A stretch of DNA of 58,683 nt from assembly GCA_964599275.1 (NCBI GenBank), contig CAZRFK010000001.1:38277-96959 (forward strand), read 5' to 3'. The stretch is from an uncultured Clostridia bacterium (lineage in GTDB: Bacteria > Bacillota > Sulfobacillia > SLMV01). A program made the translations under genes and the position numbers. Positions 36,646 through 48,604 of this stretch are shown here, piece by piece (positions within the stretch are counted from its first letter, which is position 1; every line of letters starts with the position of its first letter). The notes beneath the pieces were generated by a model that was given only the letters and a program-made list of their open reading frames with translations, did no database searches and had not been told where the DNA came from.

Positions 36646-37863
36646 TCACTCCCCGTAAATGTTCTCAGTTCCATGTTCATTGTCTTCATCAATATTGATC
36701 GGCCGTAAAACTCCCAGGTCCTGCAGTGCCGTTATTTGAATCTTCACAATTACCTCTTCCTCTTGTCTGTTTACAAAGGATTCCGCCTCCAGAATAGTCG
36801 CCTGCTCTGGAATTTCCCCCTGAACCTGACGCTGGGCGGCGGCATAGGCCATATGTTCGGCCTGTTCCGAGGTCAGGCTTCTTTCATGAACAGTTACTTC
36901 TTTGTAGTACAAACGCTCAATCTCTACACTAAACGGAACGTGTCTCCAGCCAACAAACCAAGTTCTTTTCTTACTCTGCACTTGATAATGTTCAAAAGGA
37001 ATTTCCTCTTCATCGCGCATCCATCCCAGGGGCAGATCTGTATCATCTATCGCAACATAAGTTCTAACCATTTGACTGCCTGTGGGAATGAGCACTTCCT
37101 GTTCTAATTGTATAATGCTTCTACCTTCATATCGAACCAGACCGCGGACTGTCCCCCGGGCTGAAACCGACGGTTCTCCATCGGTGCCTTCGTGTCCCTT
37201 GACGAGTATATCTCCCTGGGATACCGATTCTCCCTCCGCTACCTGGGGAACACCTTTCAGCACGTACATTTCTTCAACAATTCCATCCGCTCGGGCGACG
37301 ATATGAGCTGGCTCACCCTCACCCACATCAAAGTGACCCGTCTTTTCGACTATTTTAATGCTCAATCGGACCCCATGCAATTCAATTCCTGCCCAGGTAA
37401 TCCGCGGAACCCTTCTGCTTATGCCACGAGCTATCTCAGCTGGATTCAAATGATATTTCCAGACCCCTGGCTCCACACCTTCTTCCTGGGCCGCTTTCAG
37501 TATTACATCCGGACCTATTTCCTCAGCGCCTTCAACCTCTATCACCCAGACAAAGGAAGACATCAGTACAACCAGAAGCAAACAAGCAAGCAAGCCAACA
37601 ACCATGGAGCGACGCCCAAAAGCACGATTCCACCAGAATATAAATCCCCGTCGGTTCAGAATGTGTATTCTGCAGCCCGTTTTGCGCACAATTGGCCGTA
37701 AGGATGACAGCTCACGCGGATGCATCCAGGCCAGTAAACCACCATCCTGCCGCTGCACGTCCCAAAACTGAACACCAGAGGAAACAGCCATGTTTATAAG
37801 CTGCTTACAGCGTGAACCACGGATTTCAACCCGGATCTCGCCAAACCACCGCTTGGTATTCAT
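36646..37863 (-). CDS. yqfD: Sporulation protein YqfD
   Basis: It has the size, a single central TM segment and a position directly after yqfC with a 4-nt overlap. This matches the conserved yqfC-yqfD-phoH order. Confidence 0.8.
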   Translation of the reverse strand: MNTKRWFGEIRVEIRGSRCKQLINMAVSSGVQFWDVQRQDGGLLAWMHPRELSSLRPIVRKTGCRIHILNRRGFIFWWNRAFGRRSMVVGLLACLLLVVLMSSFVWVIEVEGAEEIGPDVILKAAQEEGVEPGVWKYHLNPAEIARGISRRVPRITWAGIELHGVRLSIKIVEKTGHFDVGEGEPAHIVARADGIVEEMYVLKGVPQVAEGESVSQGDILVKGHEGTDGEPSVSARGTVRGLVRYEGRSIIQLEQEVLIPTGSQMVRTYVAIDDTDLPLGWMRDEEEIPFEHYQVQSKKRTWFVGWRHVPFSVEIERLYYKEVTVHERSLTSEQAEHMAYAAAQRQVQGEIPEQATILEAESFVNRQEEEVIVKIQITALQDLGVLRPINIDEDNEHGTENIYGE

Positions 37864-38135
37864 CCTTGGCCCACCTCATCCGGGTCAATCCTGATTGTCG
37901 TTACTCGCCCCTCTATCAACACTTCATCTTTTGATATCGAAGCAATAGACAACCTGCAACCCCTGATGCTCACCCTACCTGAACTGTAACCGATAGACAG
38001 CAGATCAGGGCGATAGGAAGCGATTCCCCGGTGGTTTTCCACCAACACCTGTCGATCTCCGACAACGGTGATGCGGGGTAAATCTAAAACTACATCCTTA
38101 GGCAAATCAAATATATCTGGTATCGATTCCCGCAT
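37860..38135 (-). CDS. yqfC: Sporulation protein YqfC
   Basis: A YabP/YqfC-like protein of about 91 aa (LPRITVVGDRQVLVENHRGI). The ATG at 38135 is preceded by GAGAGGA. Confidence 0.8.
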   Translation of the reverse strand: MRESIPDIFDLPKDVVLDLPRITVVGDRQVLVENHRGIASYRPDLLSIGYSSGRVSIRGCRLSIASISKDEVLIEGRVTTIRIDPDEVGQG

Positions 38136-38170
38136 GTCCAATCTGTCCTCTCATGACTCTGTCCTGAACC

Positions 38171-38200
38171 ATGTTTATGTGACAGCGGGAATCGATATGG
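38171..38200 (-). promoter_or_regulatory. Sigma-E-like promoter candidate for yqfC-yqfD
   Basis: Minus strand: CCATATC-14 nt-CATAAACA, compared with the consensus kmATAtt-14-CATAcanT. yqfCD are sigma-E dependent in B. subtilis. Confidence 0.35.
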
Positions 38201-38238
38201 GAAATTTGCTTTTCGATCTCAACTCATAGCAACAGAGA

Positions 38239-38688
38239 CTACCTTCTACGGCTTTTTGGAGGTCGAAGAACCTCGGACATGATCACCCCCAAAACCACTT
38301 CATCACTGCCAAGCTGACCTTCTTCAGAAAGGGCTTCCTCCAGTGGATGACGATTAGGCTGTTTGGATGTTTTCATTTCACGTCTATCATCATCCTTCCG
38401 GGATGCGCCCAGGTTTTCCCCCTGGTCCTGGGCATCAGGTTTATCGTCTTTTCGTTGTTCAGACTGTTGCCTGACCGTTGAGAATCTTCCAGTTCTGGCT
38501 TTGGACTGCGTCCTTTGAGATACATTGTCTTCAGAGCCAGAGGAAGTGGGACTGGTTCTTCTCCGGGACGTAGAAGTATCAACGAGTTCACCAGATTTTT
38601 TAATTCTGTCCACTATCGCTCCAAGCAGACTGAAAAATAACCAGGCTACCAGTATTATCAGGAGCAGATAAAAATCCACTTTTATCAC
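38239..38688 (-). CDS. Membrane-anchored low-complexity basic/acidic protein (positional equivalent of B. subtilis yqfB)
   Basis: It has an N-terminal TM segment (FYLLLIILVAWLFFSLLGAIV) followed by an S/R/D/Q-rich disordered tail. It lies directly downstream of floA. Confidence 0.5.
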   Translation of the reverse strand: MIKVDFYLLLIILVAWLFFSLLGAIVDRIKKSGELVDTSTSRRRTSPTSSGSEDNVSQRTQSKARTGRFSTVRQQSEQRKDDKPDAQDQGENLGASRKDDDRREMKTSKQPNRHPLEEALSEEGQLGSDEVVLGVIMSEVLRPPKSRRR

Positions 38689-38715
38689 CCCATACGCCCT
38701 TCGTTGCCTCCAGGA

Positions 38716-39747
38716 TTATTCATCTTCATCGTCATCTTCATCAACAGTCCGGGGCTGACGCCTGTCATCCTCATCCGGACCTAATCGGGAAATCGACTCG
38801 CGCATTTCAGTATCAGCTTCAACATTGCGCAGGTTGTAGTAATCCATAACACCCAAATGTCCTTCCCGGAATGCCTCGGCAATGGCTTTTGGTACCTCTG
38901 CTTCAGCCTGTACCACCTGGGCCCGCATTTCTTCAACCTGAGCCCGCATTTCTCTTTCGCGGGCAACAGCCATTGCACGGCGCTCCTCGGCCTTGGCCCG
39001 AGCGATGCGTTTGTCGGCTTCTGCCCGGTCACTTTCCAACTCAGCTCCGATATTTCTTCCGACATCAACGTCAGCAATATCGATAGAGAGAATTTCAAAA
39101 GCAGTACCCGCATCCAATCCTTTTTCAAGTACTGTCGCTGAAATGGAGTCGGGATTCTCCAGGACTGCTTCGTGATCTTCAGCCGACCCAACAGTAGTTA
39201 CAATACCTTCACCGACACGAGCAATAACCGTATCCTCGCCAGCACCTCCGACCAGTCTTTCTATATTCGCCCGAACAGTCACTCGGGCTTTGGCCTTAAC
39301 TTCAATTCCATTTTGGGCGACGGCTGCAACAATTGGCGTTTCCATCACTCGTGGGTTAACCGACATGCGGACCGCCTTCAAAACATCACGACCAGCGAGA
39401 TCAATTGCCGCTGCTCTCTCAAACTCTATTCCCAGATCAGCTCTCTGCGAAGCAATCAAGGCGTCCACAACCTCGTCAACATTTCCACCGGCCAGATAGT
39501 GCGCCTCCAGCTTATCTGAGCTCAAGTCTAAACCTGCTTTGGTGGCTTTTATCAGAGGATTAATTATCCTGGTAGGTGGAACTCTCCGAAGCCGCATACC
39601 CACCATGCTGAAAATACCTACAGGGACTCCAGCGGCTGAAGCGGAAATCCACAATCCAACCGGTATGAAGCTGAAAAGAATGACAAAAAAGACAACTCCC
39701 AGCCCAGCTAAAATCAATATGCCTTGTAATCCATTTAAAATCTCCAA
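38716..39747 (-). CDS. floA: Flotillin-like protein FloA (UPF0365/YqfA)
   Basis: [28 protein letters not shown] plus an SPFH-like core and an EA-rich C-terminus. The TTG start has GGAGG 8 nt upstream. Confidence 0.9.
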   Translation of the reverse strand: MEILNGLQGILILAGLGVVFFVILFSFIPVGLWISASAAGVPVGIFSMVGMRLRRVPPTRIINPLIKATKAGLDLSSDKLEAHYLAGGNVDEVVDALIASQRADLGIEFERAAAIDLAGRDVLKAVRMSVNPRVMETPIVAAVAQNGIEVKAKARVTVRANIERLVGGAGEDTVIARVGEGIVTTVGSAEDHEAVLENPDSISATVLEKGLDAGTAFEILSIDIADVDVGRNIGAELESDRAEADKRIARAKAEERRAMAVAREREMRAQVEEMRAQVVQAEAEVPKAIAEAFREGHLGVMDYYNLRNVEADTEMRESISRLGPDEDDRRQPRTVDEDDDEDE

Positions 39748-39776
39748 GTTAAATGCCTCCTTCCGAGGCGTTCCCC

Positions 39777-41126
39777 CTAATCCTCAGCAACAACTTCTCT
39801 CACTGTTATTCGTCTGCCTTCCACGTCAATAACCTCCACTTCAGAACCTCTGGAAACAAAAGGTCCTTCACTGACCACGTCCACCCTTTCACCATCTATA
39901 ATTGCTGTACCCGAAGGCCGTAAGGCCGTCTGTACTACTCCCCTCTTTCCTTCAAAACGCCTGGCATCTTCTGTAGCAATATAGCCCTTATCCGGTGTTT
40001 CCTCTGCTGACAGAGCCAATTTCCTCCACATCGGCAGACCCTGCCCAAATCGTATCAAAACAAACACTCCCACTACTAAAGCACCAAAAGCCATGAGAAT
40101 TGACCGAACAGCGGCTTCCGGGCCGGGAGCTGCCAGGTAAATGCTGCTAAAAATAGCCACCAGCCCTCCAGCACCCACAACACCAAAACCTGGGATAAAA
40201 ATCTCGACAGCCATCAATAGCACACCCATAACAAATAGTGCCACAATAGCTAATCCTGCGTGACCAACAGCAACATGGGCCAAAAAGTATCCAGCAAAAC
40301 CCAGTATTCCTAATAAACCAGCCACTCCAAAACCAGGCATGAACAATTCAATCATAATCCCCATAAAGCCCACAAAAAGAAGTAATCCTGCCCACAAGGG
40401 GTCAGTTGCCAGGCCAGCGAAGCGGTCTATCCCACCTGGTTTGATCTCCACAATTTCTGTGGGGGTCAGGCCGGCGGCAACTGCTGCCTCAGATAGCTGC
40501 TCCAGTTTTTCATCAGCCAGATTCTCCTGGACAGCTTTCTCTGCAGTAAGGGTCAGAAGCTGACCAGATTCAGTCAAATCTGGAATTTGCACCCTTTCGT
40601 CTACCATGGCGGCAGCAATACGCGCATCTCGTTGTCGGGATTCAGCAGTAGACTCCATTTCAGCACGCCAGGCAGAAATTATCTTCTCTTCAGCCGGTCT
40701 GGGCTCGGCTGCTCCTATAGAAGAGCCCTCACTCATAAACAAATATTCGCAGGCCAGCACCACTAAAGCCCCTCCGGACCAGGCGCGCCGTTTGACTAAA
40801 GCAATTGTCGGTAATGAAGTCTCCAGCAGGGCATCGCGGATAGTCAAAGCAGCATCAACCGTACCACCAAGAGTACTCACCTGCAGTACAACTGCAGCCG
40901 CCCCCTCTGATTCAGCTCGCGCCAATCCCCTGCGTACAAAACTCGCCATCTGAGCATTGATCGTACCCTCAACAGGCAGTACATAAACAGCACCCTCACT
41001 GCTGTTTGCCCGGGCACCACCGCCAAAAACAGGGACAGACCACGCAAATACTGTGATAATTAAACAGCACACTACCACGATTTTACTCCATCCGACCAAT
41101 CTTACCTCAGGCTCTGGCAGCCGCAA
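39777..41126 (-). CDS. nfeD: NfeD-family membrane-bound ClpP-class serine protease (YqeZ)
   Basis: It has a signal/TM segment, a ClpP-like N-terminal domain, a multi-TM block and a C-terminal NfeD OB domain ([16 protein letters not shown]). It is paired with floA. Confidence 0.85.
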   Translation of the reverse strand: MRLPEPEVRLVGWSKIVVVCCLIITVFAWSVPVFGGGARANSSEGAVYVLPVEGTINAQMASFVRRGLARAESEGAAAVVLQVSTLGGTVDAALTIRDALLETSLPTIALVKRRAWSGGALVVLACEYLFMSEGSSIGAAEPRPAEEKIISAWRAEMESTAESRQRDARIAAAMVDERVQIPDLTESGQLLTLTAEKAVQENLADEKLEQLSEAAVAAGLTPTEIVEIKPGGIDRFAGLATDPLWAGLLLFVGFMGIMIELFMPGFGVAGLLGILGFAGYFLAHVAVGHAGLAIVALFVMGVLLMAVEIFIPGFGVVGAGGLVAIFSSIYLAAPGPEAAVRSILMAFGALVVGVFVLIRFGQGLPMWRKLALSAEETPDKGYIATEDARRFEGKRGVVQTALRPSGTAIIDGERVDVVSEGPFVSRGSEVEVIDVEGRRITVREVVAED

Positions 41127-41171
41127 TATGGCCCCTCCTTCCTGGGAGCACGCAGAAACAAACTTAATTCC

Positions 41172-42299
41172 TTATTCATTATTCACAAGCAAATTCCTCC
41201 AACTATGCTCCAATTCATATCGCTTGATTGCCAGTCTTATCAAGCGATCTACCAGTTCTGAAAACTGCATTCCCTGTGAAGTCCAAAGCCTTGGATACAT
41301 GCTTACAGCAGTAAAGCCGGGAATTGTATTGATCTCATTTACAATAATCTCCTGCTCCTCTTCGATATAGAAAAAATCAATCCTGGCCATGCCGCACCCC
41401 TTGACTGCCTGAAATGCTCTGACAGCCAGTCTCCGCATCCTGTCAACTATCTTCCCCGGTAAAGCAACATTCATTTTGAGTTCAGTATCATGATCATGAT
41501 ACTTGGAGCGATAATCATAAAACTCGCCAGCTGGAATGATCTCCCCTGGTCCAGCCACATAAACCTCGCGGTTTCCCAACACACTGCACTCCAGTTCCCG
41601 AACATTTAATAGTCCTTCCTCCACAATAATCTTCCGACCATGTACAGCTGCACTGCGGAGAGCTGCTGGAAGCTGTTCAGCATTGTTCACTTTGGAAATG
41701 CCTACGCTGGAGCCCAAATTAGCAGGCTTAACAAAACATGGGAATCCCAGTTCTTCAGATACCGCATTTATAATCTGATCAATCTTTCGGGACAGGTCCT
41801 CCCGGTAGAAAACTTCATACCCGACTACTGGGAGAGAATGATGTAGAAAAATTTCCTTCATGATCTGTTTATCCATGGCCACAGCTGATGATGCAACGCC
41901 GCTGCCGACGTATGCTGTACCGCATAATTCTAAAAGCCCCTGAACGGTGCCATCTTCTCCAAACGGTCCATGCAATACGGGAAAGACCACATCGAGGTTA
42001 ACTGGCTCGCCCTGAGGACCTGCAACGAACCCTCCTTCGGAGCCCGGATCAATTCTGACTCGCTCCGCAATTTCTGATGGATTCTCGGGAAATCCTCGAG
42101 TCATCCATTTTTCTGGATGATCAGCCAAATACCATACTCCATCCCGGGTTATTCCAATAGATATCTTGTCGTACTTATTATTATCCAACGCCGTCCATAT
42201 CGCATTAGCCGACATAAGTGATACTTCATGCTCCTGAGAGGGCCCACCAAAAAGTAATCCAACTTTAATCCTTTCCTCTTTCACGCCCAGCACCTCCAT
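41172..42299 (-). CDS. ddl: D-alanine--D-alanine ligase
   Basis: IKVGLLFGGPSQEHEVS and FPVLHGPFGEDGTVQGLLEL, plus ATP-grasp motifs. Confidence 0.9.
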   Translation of the reverse strand: MEVLGVKEERIKVGLLFGGPSQEHEVSLMSANAIWTALDNNKYDKISIGITRDGVWYLADHPEKWMTRGFPENPSEIAERVRIDPGSEGGFVAGPQGEPVNLDVVFPVLHGPFGEDGTVQGLLELCGTAYVGSGVASSAVAMDKQIMKEIFLHHSLPVVGYEVFYREDLSRKIDQIINAVSEELGFPCFVKPANLGSSVGISKVNNAEQLPAALRSAAVHGRKIIVEEGLLNVRELECSVLGNREVYVAGPGEIIPAGEFYDYRSKYHDHDTELKMNVALPGKIVDRMRRLAVRAFQAVKGCGMARIDFFYIEEEQEIIVNEINTIPGFTAVSMYPRLWTSQGMQFSELVDRLIRLAIKRYELEHSWRNLLVNNE

Positions 42300-42366
42300 A
42301 TTTGCTCCAATCTACCTTTAGGTCACTTTCTCCCCGTTACAATAGTGATATTCTTCATCCCGTGCT

Positions 42367-43848
42367 TCAATCATCCATCGGCGCTGCCAGACAACCCGAG
42401 AGGGCGGCACCACTCAATTTTACTGATATAATTTCGCCTGAAGTACATTGATGGTTACCATCAATGACCCAGGCGGGAATGTAATTTGAAGTGTAACCAA
42501 AGTAAACCTCAATTTTTTCATCACATTCTCTTGAATAATCACTGAGATCGCTGGGGATTGCAGTCTTTCGCTCAAGCAGGACTTCTTCACATCTGTTGAC
42601 CTGTGACTGGTGAAATTGACAAGCTGATTCATCCGCCAGTTTTAGCATCTCATCCCTACGGTGATTCTTTGCCTTACCATCAACTTTCTCACTCATATAA
42701 TACGCTCGAGTTCCTGGCCGTTCTGAAAAAGGGAAAACATGAATTCGGGAAAACCCCAATCCCCTCACAAACTCCAGACTGTGCCGGTGATCTTCCTTGG
42801 TCTCTCCCGGAAATCCAACCATAACATCAGTTGTCAGACCCAAATTCGAAACATATTCTCGAGCCCTTGCAACCAAACCTTCAAATTCGAAGGTACTGTA
42901 ACGCCGCCCCATCAAACGCAGGATCCGATCGCTGCCGCTTTGCAGTGGTATATGCAGGTGAGGTACAATTCGCTCGTATTCACTCATAACGGCAAAGAGT
43001 TCTTCTGACAGATCTATTGGCTCAACAGAACTCAATCTCAGCCGCCAATCTCCACCAATGTGCGCAACCTTTCTGAGCAGGGATGAAAGAGAGCAGGAAT
43101 TGTTGCTGTCATCACGGCCGTAAGCAGCAAGATGTATACCTGCCAGAACTATTTCAGAATATCCAGCCTGCACCAGTCTGCTGACTTCGGAAACAACCTC
43201 TTCCACAGGACGGCTGCGCATGGGACCTCTGGCATACGGTATAAGGCAGTAGGCACAGAACTCTTCACACCCCTCCTGAACCTTCACTACTGGACGCTGC
43301 AGTTCAGAAAATCCCGAAATGCCCAACGCAGGCCACCCCGAGAGTCGATCTGTTTTGCTCCACAAACCACGAATACAATCGGATTTATGATGTTCAGATT
43401 GCAGAAGATGCTCTGTTAATTCAAGTAATTTCTCCCTCTGCTCCATGCCACAGAATAGATCAACAGGCAACTGAGAAATCAACTGGCGATCATACTCAGC
43501 ATCCTCACCCAGGGACGCCATTGCTTGAGGATAACAACCTAAAAGAACAATATTAGCCTCAGGGTTACGTTTTTTCGCTCTGCGCACCATCTGACGGGAT
43601 TTGCGAGCTGCTTCAGTAGTTACCGCACAGGAATTCACAAAATAAACGTCAGCCACTTCCGAAAAATCAACCAATTTATAGCCAGCGGAGGTAAATTCCT
43701 GCAGTAAAGACTCGGTATCGTACTGATTCACCTTGCATCCCAGAGTGTAAAAAGCAACCCTGATTTCACAATCGATAGTTGACACCTCTTTTTCAGTGAG
43801 AGAGCAATATTGCTCTCCATATTCCCTCATATAGAATGATAACTTCAC
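42367..43848 (-). CDS. mtaB: tRNA methylthiotransferase MtaB (radical SAM)
   Basis: VAFYTLGCKVNQYD at the N-terminus. Radical SAM motif CEEFCAYCLIPYARG. TRAM-like C-terminus. The start is uncertain because the track start overlaps prmA by 56 nt. An in-frame GTG at 43785 is an alternative. Confidence 0.85.
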   Translation of the reverse strand: MKLSFYMREYGEQYCSLTEKEVSTIDCEIRVAFYTLGCKVNQYDTESLLQEFTSAGYKLVDFSEVADVYFVNSCAVTTEAARKSRQMVRRAKKRNPEANIVLLGCYPQAMASLGEDAEYDRQLISQLPVDLFCGMEQREKLLELTEHLLQSEHHKSDCIRGLWSKTDRLSGWPALGISGFSELQRPVVKVQEGCEEFCAYCLIPYARGPMRSRPVEEVVSEVSRLVQAGYSEIVLAGIHLAAYGRDDSNNSCSLSSLLRKVAHIGGDWRLRLSSVEPIDLSEELFAVMSEYERIVPHLHIPLQSGSDRILRLMGRRYSTFEFEGLVARAREYVSNLGLTTDVMVGFPGETKEDHRHSLEFVRGLGFSRIHVFPFSERPGTRAYYMSEKVDGKAKNHRRDEMLKLADESACQFHQSQVNRCEEVLLERKTAIPSDLSDYSRECDEKIEVYFGYTSNYIPAWVIDGNHQCTSGEIISVKLSGAALSGCLAAPMDD

Positions 43849-44728
43849 TCATGTTGAATCTTGACACATACACTGCTTTTATTGCCTCCATCTGCTCATC
43901 GCCGTAAATTCCCGAAAGCAACATCCGTCCGCCTCGACTGCTGAGTTCGCGCAGTGTCTCAGCATTATCTCGCAAAACCGCCAGGTTGAGATTTGCAACC
44001 ACAAACGGGTATTCTGTAGGCCAATCCTCAAAAGACAGTTCAGACACCTCGGAACATTGCAAAAACAGGCACTCGGACAGACAGTTGACAGATGCGTTAC
44101 CGCGTGCTGTCTTGACAGCATCAGCTTCGATGTCACAACCATATGCCTGTCTCGCTCCTAATTTCAATCCAACAAGGGATAAAATGCCGCTTCCACAGCC
44201 CACATCCATTAAATTAGCAAAAGGATTGTTGAAATATGACATAATCAGTCCCCGCAGTGCCAGTCGCGTGGTTGCATGATGTCCAGTGCCAAAGGCCATT
44301 CCACCAGATATCAATATCGGAGCAACGTCTGCATCAGGCCCAACCACGGCATTAGTCGACAAAATGTCGATATGCTTATTTTCACCAGAAGGTAATATTA
44401 AAATTGGTCCCACCTGCAGCGGTCGGAGATGCTTGCGAAACCCGGCCAGAGGATCACACTGTCTTCGTTTGTCAACACGTATCTCACAATCCTCAGGCGT
44501 AATGTAATCAAGCACCTGGTTTCTTGTCGACCGCCGCACTTCATCTGGGTCATAGGTGGAACCCACGGTCGGATAAACGCGCAGCTGGGTTTGGTATTCT
44601 CCAGGGGCATCCACCTGATGTATACCCCTGGGACTTAAATCCTGCAGCACTGAATAAAGCAGTTCAGCGTGTTTGTGAGAAGTCAACGAGATTTTGACTT
44701 CCCAAAAAAAGTTTTGCTCACTCATCAT
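43793..44728 (-). CDS. prmA: Ribosomal protein L11 methyltransferase
   Basis: SAM motif [10 protein letters not shown]. The ATGATG at 44728/44725 overlaps the dnaJ stop. The longer track ORF lies inside dnaJ. Confidence 0.9.
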   Translation of the reverse strand: MMSEQNFFWEVKISLTSHKHAELLYSVLQDLSPRGIHQVDAPGEYQTQLRVYPTVGSTYDPDEVRRSTRNQVLDYITPEDCEIRVDKRRQCDPLAGFRKHLRPLQVGPILILPSGENKHIDILSTNAVVGPDADVAPILISGGMAFGTGHHATTRLALRGLIMSYFNNPFANLMDVGCGSGILSLVGLKLGARQAYGCDIEADAVKTARGNASVNCLSECLFLQCSEVSELSFEDWPTEYPFVVANLNLAVLRDNAETLRELSSRGGRMLLSGIYGDEQMEAIKAVYVSRFNMSEVIILYEGIWRAILLSH

Positions 44729-45872
44729 TATTTCTGCTAAATGCTCGATGCATCCGCTTGAAAAATCCTTCCTGAGGCTCGTTAACCTCTTCACCCCGCA
44801 ACTCTGCAAACTGGGCCAACAATTCCTTTTCCTCATCGTTTAAATCACGGGGGACGTTCACGTGCACCCTTACCACCTGATCACCACGTCCATACCTCTT
44901 GAGATACGGAATACCTTTTTCCTGTATTGTTATGGTTTCACCATGTTGGGTGCCTGGTTTGATAGTAACCTCTTCAGTACTATCAAGAGAAGGAACCTCT
45001 TTTGTGGCCCCCAGACACGCTTCCACCATGCTTACATCAAGGTCGTACAGCACCGTGTTTCCTTCACGTTCAAATTGAGGATGTGACTTCACTCTGACCC
45101 TGACATATAAATCTCCACGTGGTCCGCCACGCTCACCGGATTCGCCTTCTCCTGCCAGACGAAGTCTCATACCATCTTCAACTCCAGAAGGAACGTTTAT
45201 CTCTACCGTGCGGGTCTTTCTTACCTGTCCCCGTCCGCGACATTCCGGACATAAATCTGATATGACTTGACCTTTGCCCTGGCATTTTGGACAGGTGCGC
45301 GTAGAAACAAACTGTCCAAAAGGAGTTTGTTGGGTTGAACGAACACGCCCAGCCCCTCCGCATTGACTGCAGGTTTCCGGTTGGGTACCGGGTCGAGCTC
45401 CACTTCCTTCACAGGTCGGGCACGTTTCGGCCCGGGACACACTGACCTCTTTTTCTGCACCAAAAGCAGCTTCTTCAAAGGTTACATTGATGGTGGTCTC
45501 AATATCTCGGCCTCGCGTGGAACGTTGCCGTCTGCCGCCCTGCCGGCCACCACCCCCAAAAAAGGACTCGAATATATCGTGAATATCACCCTCAAAGCCC
45601 TCAAAACCGCCGAAATCCCGGGGGTCAAACCCTGTCTGTCCTCCACTGGTACCAGCGTGCCCGAACTGATCATAAGTGCGTCTTTTTTCCGGGTCACTGA
45701 GCACCTTATATGCTTCATTGATTTTCTTAAATTTACTTTCAGCCTCCGGATCATCAGGATTAGCATCCGGATGGTGCTTTCGCGCCAGTTTCCGGAAAGC
45801 CTTCTTTATCTCTTCCTGCGATGCATCTTTTGATACTCCGAGAATATCATAATAATCTTCCTTCTCGGCCAT
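44718..45872 (-). CDS. dnaJ: Chaperone DnaJ
   Basis: J domain DYYDILGV...HPD, a G/F region and four CxxCxGxG zinc motifs. Confidence 0.95.
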   Translation of the reverse strand: MAEKEDYYDILGVSKDASQEEIKKAFRKLARKHHPDANPDDPEAESKFKKINEAYKVLSDPEKRRTYDQFGHAGTSGGQTGFDPRDFGGFEGFEGDIHDIFESFFGGGGRQGGRRQRSTRGRDIETTINVTFEEAAFGAEKEVSVSRAETCPTCEGSGARPGTQPETCSQCGGAGRVRSTQQTPFGQFVSTRTCPKCQGKGQVISDLCPECRGRGQVRKTRTVEINVPSGVEDGMRLRLAGEGESGERGGPRGDLYVRVRVKSHPQFEREGNTVLYDLDVSMVEACLGATKEVPSLDSTEEVTIKPGTQHGETITIQEKGIPYLKRYGRGDQVVRVHVNVPRDLNDEEKELLAQFAELRGEEVNEPQEGFFKRMHRAFSRNNDE

Positions 45873-45925
45873 TTATGTCACCCCACAAATACAGACAGCA
45901 ACTTTCACGCTTGTTTGAATCACGA

Positions 45926-47740
45926 CTACTCCTTCATTTCGTAGTCAGCATCCATGCTGTCATCATCATCCTGCGGTCCGGCTCCTCCAGCTGCGTGCGG
46001 GTCTGCATCTCCATAAGCCGATGAACTAAGTTCATAAAGAGCATCGGTGAGGCTTTCGGTTGCCGACTTTATCTTCTCAATATCGGCTTCGTCTTCGCCC
46101 AATATCTGCTGCAGGTTCTCCTTCTGCTCTTCAACCTTCTGTATCTTATCATCATCGACGTCATCTCCAAGATCCTCTATCGTTCGCTCGGCAGAATAAA
46201 TGGCCGAATCTGCCTCATTGCGTGCTTCCGCTCGTTCCCGACGGAGGCGATCCTCCTCCTCATACTCCTCGGCCTCACCCTTCATCTGCTCTATTTCATC
46301 GTCAGAAAGCCCACTGGAAGCTTCAATTGTGATGTTCTGTTCTTTACCAGTCGCCTTGTCCTCGGCAGAGACATTCACAATCCCGTTTGCATCAATATCA
46401 AACGCAACTTCGATCTGCGGAACACCTCTGGGGGCAGGCGGAATACCATCGAGTATGAATCGTCCCAGTGTCTTGTTATCCCGTGCCATGGCTCGCTCGC
46501 CTTGAAGCACGTGAATCTCAACCTGAGTCTGATTGTTTTCTGCTGTGGAGAATATCTGGCTTTCCTGAGTCGGTATAGTCGTATTTCTCTCAATTATCTT
46601 TGTGAAGACCCCACCTTTGGTTTCAATACCCAGCGACAATGGAGTAACGTCCAAAAGCACAACGTCTTTTACTTCTCCAGCCAGCACTCCTGCCTGTATG
46701 GCTGCTCCTCGGGCAACAACTTCATCAGGATTGATGTCCTTACTGGGGTTTTTGCCGAGCACTTCCTTTACCTTTTTCTGGACCAGAGGCATCCGCGTGG
46801 AACCGCCAACCAGCAGAACTCGGTCTATACCTCCTGCATCAACGCCAGCATCACTCATTGCCCGACGCAGGGGTTTGATAGTTTTATCTACCAGATCATC
46901 AATCAAATCCTCAAATTTGGCCCGGCTGAGACTGCTTTCCAGGTGCTGAGGACCAGAAGAATCAGCAGTTATAAATGGGAGGCTGATATCAGTCTTGGTA
47001 GTGGAGCTCAGCTCGATCTTGGCCTTTTCGGCGGCCTCTTTCAATCTTTGCAGGGCCTGTTCATCAGCGGTCAGATCAATGCCTTTTTCTTCTTTAAATT
47101 CTTCTGCCAGCCAATCGATAATTCTTTCGTCAAAATCATCTCCACCAAGAGAGTTATTTCCACTGGTGGCTTTCACCTCAAAAACGCCATCACCCAACTC
47201 CAAAATGGAGACATCAAAAGTTCCGCCCCCCAAGTCATAGACCAATATAGTGGCTTCTTCTTCATTGTCCAGTCCATAAGCCAGAGATGCTGCCGTAGGT
47301 TCATTGATTATACGCAGAACTTCAAGGCCAGCAATTTCGCCCGCAACTTTGGTTGCCTGTCGCTGACTATCAGAAAAATAGGCGGGAACAGTTATAACTG
47401 CCTGTTTTACATCTTCTCCCAGATATTCCTCAGCATCGCGGCGCATTTTCTGCAGTATAAAAGCAGAAATCTCCTGCGGTGAATATTCTTCTCCATCTAT
47501 TGTTTCTCTGTGATCCGAGCCCATCTTCCTCTTGATGGAAGTGACGGTTCGCTCTGAGTTTGTAACAGCCTGGCGTTTGGCTACCTGACCGATAAGTCGT
47601 TCACCGTCGTCAGTAAACGCCACAACTGAGGGAGTTACGCGACTCCCCTCAGCATTGGTTATTACAGTCGGCTCTCCGCCTTCCATTAATGCCATACACG
47701 AGTTCGTAGTACCCAGGTCAATTCCTAATACTTTAGCCAT
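45926..47740 (-). CDS. dnaK: Chaperone DnaK (Hsp70)
   Basis: [17 protein letters not shown] and [11 protein letters not shown]. Confidence 0.97.
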   Translation of the reverse strand: MAKVLGIDLGTTNSCMALMEGGEPTVITNAEGSRVTPSVVAFTDDGERLIGQVAKRQAVTNSERTVTSIKRKMGSDHRETIDGEEYSPQEISAFILQKMRRDAEEYLGEDVKQAVITVPAYFSDSQRQATKVAGEIAGLEVLRIINEPTAASLAYGLDNEEEATILVYDLGGGTFDVSILELGDGVFEVKATSGNNSLGGDDFDERIIDWLAEEFKEEKGIDLTADEQALQRLKEAAEKAKIELSSTTKTDISLPFITADSSGPQHLESSLSRAKFEDLIDDLVDKTIKPLRRAMSDAGVDAGGIDRVLLVGGSTRMPLVQKKVKEVLGKNPSKDINPDEVVARGAAIQAGVLAGEVKDVVLLDVTPLSLGIETKGGVFTKIIERNTTIPTQESQIFSTAENNQTQVEIHVLQGERAMARDNKTLGRFILDGIPPAPRGVPQIEVAFDIDANGIVNVSAEDKATGKEQNITIEASSGLSDDEIEQMKGEAEEYEEEDRLRRERAEARNEADSAIYSAERTIEDLGDDVDDDKIQKVEEQKENLQQILGEDEADIEKIKSATESLTDALYELSSSAYGDADPHAAGGAGPQDDDDSMDADYEMKE

Positions 47741-47780
47741 GGTCCTGTAGTCCTCCTTTTAGTCATTATCGTTTAATCTT

Positions 47781-48431
47781 TTAGTTTTCTATCTCCACAT
47801 CTTTTTTATCGTGACTTTCGCACTGGCATTTGGGAGAACGAGCAACTTTCACTTTTGCCGCCCGAACCAGGATATCATCCAGACGATATCCAGGCTGTAC
47901 TTCTTCAGTCACTGTGCCCTCCGGCTGATCAGTATTATAAACATGCTCGACTGCCTCGTGCCATTCAGGGTCAAAGGGTTCCCCTTGCGCCTGTATACGG
48001 GTTATCCCCAGACTTTGAAGCTGACCCTGTATCTGACGCATAATCATCTCGACACCTTTCCTGATAGGATCGTCCTCGTCATCTGTGGCGGTCAACACCC
48101 TGTTCAAATTATCCAGAGAAGGAAGTAGGGTGCGAACAGCTTGTACCTTGGCTCTTTTTTGTTTCTCTTTCTGTTGACGCTCTGTACGTTTGCGGAAATT
48201 CTCATAATCAGCCTTTACCCGCCGCAGGTCCTGCAGATGCTGCTCAGCGCGCTGCTTTTGCTCCTCATACTGCCCTCGTACGTGCGCCACAGCATCCCGC
48301 AATCTGCAGAGATCCACTTGTACAAGTTGACTGTTCGAACCAGCGTACATGTCCTGCAAATCCTCAAAGTTCTGGCCATCTTGCTCCGTATAATCACAGC
48401 ACTCAGAAGACTCATCACAATGTTTTGCCAT
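47781..48431 (-). CDS. grpE: Nucleotide exchange factor GrpE
   Basis: DYENFRKRTERQ and the FDPEWHEAV motif. Confidence 0.9.
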   Translation of the reverse strand: MAKHCDESSECCDYTEQDGQNFEDLQDMYAGSNSQLVQVDLCRLRDAVAHVRGQYEEQKQRAEQHLQDLRRVKADYENFRKRTERQQKEKQKRAKVQAVRTLLPSLDNLNRVLTATDDEDDPIRKGVEMIMRQIQGQLQSLGITRIQAQGEPFDPEWHEAVEHVYNTDQPEGTVTEEVQPGYRLDDILVRAAKVKVARSPKCQCESHDKKDVEIEN

Positions 48432-48604
48432 CAAATCACGCTCCCATCATTTACATTACCATTCTGTCAAATTCATATCTAGAATTCTCACATATGTAAG
48501 ATACAATCACCTGCAGTATGCACATAGAAACACCCGACCCTGACAAGAACTTGGTAGAGCCGAATTATATCTGCTGACAGCCTGATCTGTATCTTGAAAG
48601 CAAT

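Noticed and set aside
46502-47482. A 326-aa ORF on the plus strand, antisense to dnaK, plus further plus-strand ORFs at 46602-46949 and 46995-47240.
   Set aside because: Long antisense open frames inside dnaK/hsp70 are a well-known codon-bias artefact. The translation is low-complexity and has no RBS. The minus-strand DnaK call is unambiguous.
48435-48604. A 170-nt gap between hrcA and grpE, examined for a second CIRCE element, a terminator or a small ORF.
   Set aside because: There is no TTAGCACTC/GAGTGCTAA half-site, no convincing hairpin with a U tract, and only a 24-codon ORF without an RBS.
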